Shown: one piece after another, positions 58,840-64,000 of the stretch | Layout of the letters: each line of letters opens with the position of its first letter | How positions within the stretch are numbered: the stretch's first letter is position 1 | NCBI GenBank assembly: GCA_050485485.1 | Contig: JBJHBM010000005.1 | Coordinates: 11,877-75,876 of the forward strand | Direction: 5' to 3' | DNA length: 64,000 bases | Source: Alphaproteobacteria bacterium | GTDB lineage: Bacteria > Pseudomonadota > Alphaproteobacteria > SMXQ01 | Notes under the pieces: model-generated | Seen by the model: only the letters and a program-made list of their open reading frames with translations | Database searches by the model: none | Told to the model about the DNA's origin: nothing | Position numbers and translations under genes: made by a program

Positions 58840-60075
58840 GTGCCGCGCGAAAGGAGCGCCATGACCTCGCGCGACATGGAAACGCTGGAGTCCTACGGCC
58901 CAAGGTTTGCCCCCTACGCTTGCCATCCCGGCGCGAGCCGCGGCCGTCTTCACCCGGAAGCGCTGAGTGCCGGGCGTTCGGAGTTCCAACGCGACCGCGA
59001 TCGCGTGATCCATTCAGCCGCATTCCGGCGTCTCAAGCATAAGACGCAGGTCTTCGTCTATCACGAGGGCGACTATTACCGCACCCGGCTCACCCACTCG
59101 ATCGAGGTGAGCCAGATCGCGCGTTCGATCTCGCGCTCGCTGGGCTTGAACGAAGACTTGGCAGAGGCGCTGGCCTTGGCCCACGATCTCGGCCATACCC
59201 CCTTCGGGCACTGCGGGGAGGATGCCCTCGACGCCGCCATGAGAGATTTCGGCGGCTTCGACCACAATGCCCAGACGCTCCGCATTCTCACGCGGCTGGA
59301 GCATCGTTACGCGGCCTTCGACGGACTCAATCTGACTTGGGAAACCTTGGAAGGCGTGGTCAAGCACAACGGTCCGCTGGTCCGGACCACGGAAGAGGCA
59401 CATGAGGCGATCCCGGCCGAGATTCTGGAGTTCGATGCGCGCTTTCCGCTCGACCTGGCGACTTTCGCTTCCGCAGAGGCCCAGGTGGCCTCCCTCTCGG
59501 ACGATATCGCCTACAACAATCACGACATAGACGACGGGCTCCGGGCCGGGCTGTTCGATGTCCCGGACCTTGCCCAGGTGCCGCTGGTTGGACCCGTGTT
59601 CGCCGAGGTCCAGATCCGCCACCCCGGCCTCGAACGCGGTCGTCTGGTCCACGAGGCGGTGCGGCGGCTCATCAACGCCATGGTGACGGACCTTCTGGCC
59701 GAATCCCGCGGCCGGATCGCCCATGCCCGGCCGCAGACCCCTGACGATATCCGCCGGCGCGATGAGCCGGTCGTTGCATTTTCCGACGCAATGGCCGAAA
59801 ACGACCGCGCGCTAAAGCGGTTCCTGTTCGCGCGCATGTACCGTCACGACCGGGTCAATGCCATGACCGAGGTCGGTAGGCGGGTGGTGCGCGAGCTGTT
59901 CGACCTGTTCCTGGACCACCCGGCAAAACTGCCCGAAGAATGGCAGGCCGGACTCGTTGGGGCGGGACGTGCGGCGACGGCGCGCGCGGTATGCGACTAT
60001 ATCGCGGGCATGACGGACCGTTACGCGCTGAACCAGCACCGCCGCCTGATCGGTGGCCTTGAGATGCCACGCTAA
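58840..60075 (+). CDS. dgt: deoxyguanosinetriphosphate triphosphohydrolase-like HD-domain protein
   Basis: HD motif ([13 protein letters not shown]…[10 protein letters not shown]). GTG start; alternative ATG at 58861. Confidence 0.85.
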   Translation: MPRERSAMTSRDMETLESYGPRFAPYACHPGASRGRLHPEALSAGRSEFQRDRDRVIHSAAFRRLKHKTQVFVYHEGDYYRTRLTHSIEVSQIARSISRSLGLNEDLAEALALAHDLGHTPFGHCGEDALDAAMRDFGGFDHNAQTLRILTRLEHRYAAFDGLNLTWETLEGVVKHNGPLVRTTEEAHEAIPAEILEFDARFPLDLATFASAEAQVASLSDDIAYNNHDIDDGLRAGLFDVPDLAQVPLVGPVFAEVQIRHPGLERGRLVHEAVRRLINAMVTDLLAESRGRIAHARPQTPDDIRRRDEPVVAFSDAMAENDRALKRFLFARMYRHDRVNAMTEVGRRVVRELFDLFLDHPAKLPEEWQAGLVGAGRAATARAVCDYIAGMTDRYALNQHRRLIGGLEMPR

Positions 60076-60083
60076 GGCAAAAT

Positions 60084-61835
60084 ATGAATCTTTTCAGAGA
60101 TTTTCACGCTGAAGTTTCGAAAGTAATAGAAGATCTCTCGCAGGAAGGGCTGGTCCCCCGCGGACTCGATTGCGTGCGCGTCTCCTGCGAACCGCCGCGC
60201 GAAGCCGCCCATGGAGACATCACCACCAATGCCGCCATGGTGCTGGCGAAACCCGCAGGAATGAAGCCGCGCGACCTCGCCCAGCTCATCGCGGATAGGC
60301 TGGCCGCGCACCACGCGGTCGAAACCGCGGTCGTGGCGGGGCCCGGCTTTATCAACCTGAGGCTCGCGCGCGGCTTTTGGCTCAACCGCCTGCGCGATAT
60401 CCTGGAAGCTGGAACAGCCTACGGGGATTCCGATATCGGCGCGGGGCGGAGGATCAACGTCGAATACGTCTCGGCCAATCCGACCGGGCCGATGCACGTC
60501 GGTCATGCCCGCGGTGCCGTGGTAGGCGATGTGCTCGCGTCCCTGCTCGCCAAGGCGGGTTTCGATGTCACCCGCGAGTACTACATCAACGATGCCGGCG
60601 CCCAGGTGGACGTGTTGGCGCGCTCGACTCATTTGCGCTACCGCGAGGCTCTCGGTCAGGACATCGGGGCGATCCCGGAAGGCCTCTACCCAGGCGAATA
60701 CCTGAAGGATGTCGGCCATGCGCTCGCCGCCCGCGACGGCACGAAATGGCTGGGCGAACCCGAGGAAGCGTGGCTCGCGCCGGTACGCGACTTCGCCATT
60801 GACGCGATGATGGAAATGATTCGATCGGACCTCGCCGCGCTCGGGGTCGCGCATGACGTGTTTTCTTCCGAGCGTGCCTTGGTGGAGGCCGGACGGGTGG
60901 GAGAAGCCTTCGACCGGCTCGATCGGGCAGACTTGATTTACACCGGCGTGCTCGAGCCCCCCAAGGGCATGAAGCCGGAGGATTGGGAGCCGCGTCCGCA
61001 GACCCTGTTCCGTTCCACCGACTTCGGCGACGATGTCGACCGGCCGCTCAAGAAGTCCGATGGAGGTTGGACCTACTTCGCCTCCGATATCGCCTATCAC
61101 CTCGACAAGTACCGACGGGGCTTCGAGACCATGATCGACGTCTGGGGCGCCGATCACGGCGGCTACGTCAAGCGCGTGGCGGCGGCGGTCAAGGCGCTCA
61201 CCGACGGCAAGGGGGTGCTCGATGTCAAGCTTTGCCAGCTCGTCTCGCTGCTCGACGGCGGCGAGCCGGTCAAGATGTCGAAACGCGCGGGTACCTTCGT
61301 GACGCTCAACGACGTGGTGGAGGCCGTCGGGAAGGATGTGGTGCGCTTCATCATGCTCACGCGCTCCAACGACGCGGCGCTTGAGTTCGACTTGCGCAAG
61401 GTGCTGGAGCAGACCCGGGACAATCCGGTATTCTACGTTCAATATGCCCATGCGCGCGCCTGTTCGGTTTTCCGAAACGCGGCGTCGGAACTGCCCGATA
61501 TCTCTACCGACACCGCGAGCCTTGCCGCCGCGCCGCTCGATTCCTTGACCGGAGCGGAAGAGATTGATTTGATTCGACTGATGGTGGCTTGGCCGCGCGT
61601 GGTGGAAAGCGCGGCGGAAGCGCATGAGCCACATCGTGTCGCCTATTACCTGCAGGAGCTCGCGGCGGCGTTCCACGGTCTCTGGAACAAGGGCAACGCC
61701 GATGCCGATGCCCGCTTCCTGGTGGAGGATCGAGCGCGGGCGCGCGATCGTCTCGCGCTGGTTCGGGGTATGCAGGCCGTGATCGCGTCGGGCCTTGACG
61801 TGCTCGGCGTCAAACCGGTTGAGGAGATGCGTTGA
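60084..61835 (+). CDS. argS: arginyl-tRNA synthetase
   Basis: HVGH motif ([12 protein letters not shown]); KMSK-like (VKMSKRAG); DALR anticodon-binding domain. Confidence 0.95.
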   Translation: MNLFRDFHAEVSKVIEDLSQEGLVPRGLDCVRVSCEPPREAAHGDITTNAAMVLAKPAGMKPRDLAQLIADRLAAHHAVETAVVAGPGFINLRLARGFWLNRLRDILEAGTAYGDSDIGAGRRINVEYVSANPTGPMHVGHARGAVVGDVLASLLAKAGFDVTREYYINDAGAQVDVLARSTHLRYREALGQDIGAIPEGLYPGEYLKDVGHALAARDGTKWLGEPEEAWLAPVRDFAIDAMMEMIRSDLAALGVAHDVFSSERALVEAGRVGEAFDRLDRADLIYTGVLEPPKGMKPEDWEPRPQTLFRSTDFGDDVDRPLKKSDGGWTYFASDIAYHLDKYRRGFETMIDVWGADHGGYVKRVAAAVKALTDGKGVLDVKLCQLVSLLDGGEPVKMSKRAGTFVTLNDVVEAVGKDVVRFIMLTRSNDAALEFDLRKVLEQTRDNPVFYVQYAHARACSVFRNAASELPDISTDTASLAAAPLDSLTGAEEIDLIRLMVAWPRVVESAAEAHEPHRVAYYLQELAAAFHGLWNKGNADADARFLVEDRARARDRLALVRGMQAVIASGLDVLGVKPVEEMR

Positions 61836-62680
61836 TGACGTCCGATAATGATCCTCGCTTGGCGCCCCGCTTCGGCGGCGCGCGCGCGCCGGAAGTCGAT
61901 CCCTACGATCGTCCGGCCGCCGACCCGCGCCGCACCGTGCGCAAGCGCCTGCTGGGGGTGGTCGTGGCGCTGGTGGCGTTCGGTGGCTTCGCCGGGATTG
62001 CCTGGTACGCTACCAGCCAGGGTCAGAAGGATCAGGGTGCGATCGTGCCGGTCATCACTGCCGACAACGAGCCCATCAAGGAACGCCCGCTGGAGCCGGG
62101 CGGCCTCGACGTACCGCACCGTGACATGCAGGTCTTCAGCCGCATCGCGCCGTCGGGGCAGCCTCAGCGGGTGGAGCAGTTGTTGCCTCCGCCCGAGGCG
62201 CCGGTCGCACGACCGGTGCCGGAACCTGCCCAGGTTGTGCCGGAGCCTCCACAGATCGGCGAGCGCGGCGCGACACCGGCGCCGCCGCGCGAGGTGACCG
62301 CCGTTCCACCTCCGCCGCCCGCGTCGCCGGTGGTCCCGGCGCAATCCGCTCCAAGCCTCGCGGCTGAGGGGCCCAAGCCGGCGCCTCAGCCAGCGGCACC
62401 GGCGGCCCAGCAGACTGCCGCGCTGCCGACTGCGGCTTGGCGCGTCCAGCTTGGCGCGACCCAGGACGAGGCGCGGGCGCGCAGCGCACTCGCCCAGATC
62501 GTCAAGACGAACGACGACCTCCTGGGGAACCAGCCGAACGGCGTGGAACGCGCCGATCTCGGCGCCAAGGGGATATTCTGGCGCATGCGGGCGGGGGCCT
62601 TTGCCGACCGCGCCGGTGCCGACGACCTGTGCAAGAAGCTCGCCGCCCGCAAGGTGAGCTGCACGGTCGTCAGGCCCTGA
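61832..62680 (+). CDS. SPOR-domain cell-division protein
   Basis: TM anchor, Pro-rich linker, C-terminal SPOR domain (WRVQLGAT…[10 protein letters not shown]). ATGA overlap with argS. Confidence 0.75.
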   Translation: MMTSDNDPRLAPRFGGARAPEVDPYDRPAADPRRTVRKRLLGVVVALVAFGGFAGIAWYATSQGQKDQGAIVPVITADNEPIKERPLEPGGLDVPHRDMQVFSRIAPSGQPQRVEQLLPPPEAPVARPVPEPAQVVPEPPQIGERGATPAPPREVTAVPPPPPASPVVPAQSAPSLAAEGPKPAPQPAAPAAQQTAALPTAAWRVQLGATQDEARARSALAQIVKTNDDLLGNQPNGVERADLGAKGIFWRMRAGAFADRAGADDLCKKLAARKVSCTVVRP

Positions 62681-62698
62681 CGCTTTCCGCGTGGCACG

Positions 62699-63745
62699 AT
62701 GGCGCCGGCGCCCAAGGCCCTGATTCTCGGTGTCGGAGGCCTGCGTCTCGATGTCGCGGAACGCGCCTTCTTCCATGAGGCGGATCCGCTCGGCTTCATC
62801 CTGTTCGCGCGCAATGTGGAAGGCCCGGAGCAGGTCCGAACGCTCGTCGCTGATCTGCGCGATACCGTGGGCCGGGCAGGCGCGCCGGTGCTGGTCGACC
62901 AGGAAGGGGGCAGGGTGGCGCGTTTGAAGCCCCCTCATTGGCGGGCAGCGCCTTCCGCCGCTGTTTTCGGGCGGCTCGCCCGGACCGACCGCGAGGCGGC
63001 CTGCCGGGCCACGTACCTCAACGCACGGCTGATCGGTGCCGAGCTGGCCGCGCTCGGCATCACGGTGGACTGCGCTCCGGTCCTTGACGTGCCGACGTCT
63101 GTTGCCGATCCCGTGATCGGTGACCGTGCTTTCGCTGGCGAGCCGGAGCCGGTAGCGCTGCTGGGCGCGGCGTTCTGCGATGGTCTTATCGATTCCGGCG
63201 TGCTGCCGGTGATCAAGCACATCCCGGGGCATGGCCGCGCCGAGGTAGACAGCCACAAGAGGCTCCCGCGCATCGATGCGAAGCGCACGGAGCTGGCCTC
63301 GCGCGATTTCGCCCCGTTTCGCGCGCTCGCTGCTCGTGCGGCACCCGAGCCCTGGGCCATGACCGCCCACGTGGTTTACGAGGCCTATGACGAGGCGGCC
63401 CCGGCCACGCTTTCGCCCGCGGTGCTGTCGGATGTGGTGCGGGGCGAGATTGGTTTCGACGGTATCATCATTTCCGATGATCTTTCCATGGGAGCCCTGA
63501 GCGGCGTCTACGGAGACCGCACCCAGGGCGCGCTTGCGGCAGGCTGCGATATTGCGCTCCATTGCAACGGCGACATGACGGAGATGGCGGCGGTAGCGGC
63601 CGCGGCCGGTCCCGTCGGCGGCGTCACGGCGGCCCGCCTTGCGCGGTCCATCGAGGCTCTCGACATGCCCGCTCCGTTCGATGCCGCCGCGGCGCGGGCC
63701 GAGCTCGAGAGGTTGCTGGCGCCACTAGCGGGCAACGCGGCGTGA
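62699..63745 (+). CDS. nagZ: beta-N-acetylhexosaminidase (GH3)
   Basis: [14 protein letters not shown] catalytic region; GH3 N-terminal domain. Confidence 0.85.
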   Translation: MAPAPKALILGVGGLRLDVAERAFFHEADPLGFILFARNVEGPEQVRTLVADLRDTVGRAGAPVLVDQEGGRVARLKPPHWRAAPSAAVFGRLARTDREAACRATYLNARLIGAELAALGITVDCAPVLDVPTSVADPVIGDRAFAGEPEPVALLGAAFCDGLIDSGVLPVIKHIPGHGRAEVDSHKRLPRIDAKRTELASRDFAPFRALAARAAPEPWAMTAHVVYEAYDEAAPATLSPAVLSDVVRGEIGFDGIIISDDLSMGALSGVYGDRTQGALAAGCDIALHCNGDMTEMAAVAAAAGPVGGVTAARLARSIEALDMPAPFDAAAARAELERLLAPLAGNAA

Positions 63746-64000
63746 TGGTCGACGTCGGCGCGATCCTGGCAGCCGCCTCGGTCTGGGTGATTCCCGTTGT
63801 CCTGGCGATCACGCTGCACGAGGCCGCTCACGGTTTCGCTGCGCTGCGCTTTGGCGACGATACCGCCTTGCGGGCCGGCCGGGTGACCCTCAACCCGTTT
63901 CGCCACGTCGATCCGCTCGGCACCATCATTATCCCGGCGCTGCTGCTGATCGCGCGTTCGCCATTCCTGTTCGGCTATGCCAAGCCCGTACCCGTGGACT
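63745..64000 (+). CDS. site-2 protease family zinc metalloprotease (5' fragment, continues past window)
   Basis: HEAAHG (HExxH) within a TM helix; ATG overlaps the nagZ stop. Confidence 0.6.
   Translation, partial: MVDVGAILAAASVWVIPVVLAITLHEAAHGFAALRFGDDTALRAGRVTLNPFRHVDPLGTIIIPALLLIARSPFLFGYAKPVPVD

Noticed and set aside
58840-60075. dGTPase as a possible anti-phage defence gene
   Set aside because: It sits in the widely conserved dgt-argS-SPOR-nagZ housekeeping neighbourhood with no adjacent defence or mobile genes.

Overview
This is a 64-kb chromosomal window from a high-GC alphaproteobacterium, inferred from gene content (PopZ homologue, bacterial NDUFS4-like protein, pcm-tolC and dgt-argS-SPOR-nagZ neighbourhoods). 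It holds about 60 protein genes and 4 tRNAs (Pro-TGG, Arg-TCT, Asn-GTT, Cys-GCA). There is no rRNA, CRISPR, insertion sequence or prophage signature. Most of the window is housekeeping: valS, argS, ilvD, hisI, cysK-sseA-metC, zur-znuC-znuB, erpA, xthA, pcm, tolC, popZ, nagZ. Accessory content: (i) a catabolic cluster of a Rieske oxygenase alpha subunit, a ThDP enzyme, a TctC/Bug-type binding protein and a 2-hydroxyacid dehydrogenase. (ii) An arsR-arsC-aqpS arsenic operon with a perfect inverted repeat over the arsR start codon. (iii) An alpha/beta-hydrolase-OsmC fusion next to a UbiD decarboxylase that has no UbiX partner. (iv) An Ior-type molybdenum hydroxylase pair. (v) A TonB-dependent receptor-DUF4198-TonB trio behind a promoter carrying four TATGAGA-like repeats. 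(vi) The most unusual locus, at 31-37.4 kb: a Wzx/MOP-family flippase surrounded by three ATP-dependent ligase-type enzymes (a Dph6/MJ0570-like PP-loop ATPase, a QueC-like PP-loop protein with a C-terminal CxxCxxC motif, and a sugar-transfer-associated ATP-grasp), a 4HBT thioesterase and a secreted SAM methyltransferase. Its divergent promoter region carries a perfect 21-bp inverted repeat. One TctC/Bug paralogue is frameshifted. All calls come from reading the six-frame translations and the DNA directly. No database searches were run, and start codons were chosen by homology reasoning and RBS inspection.
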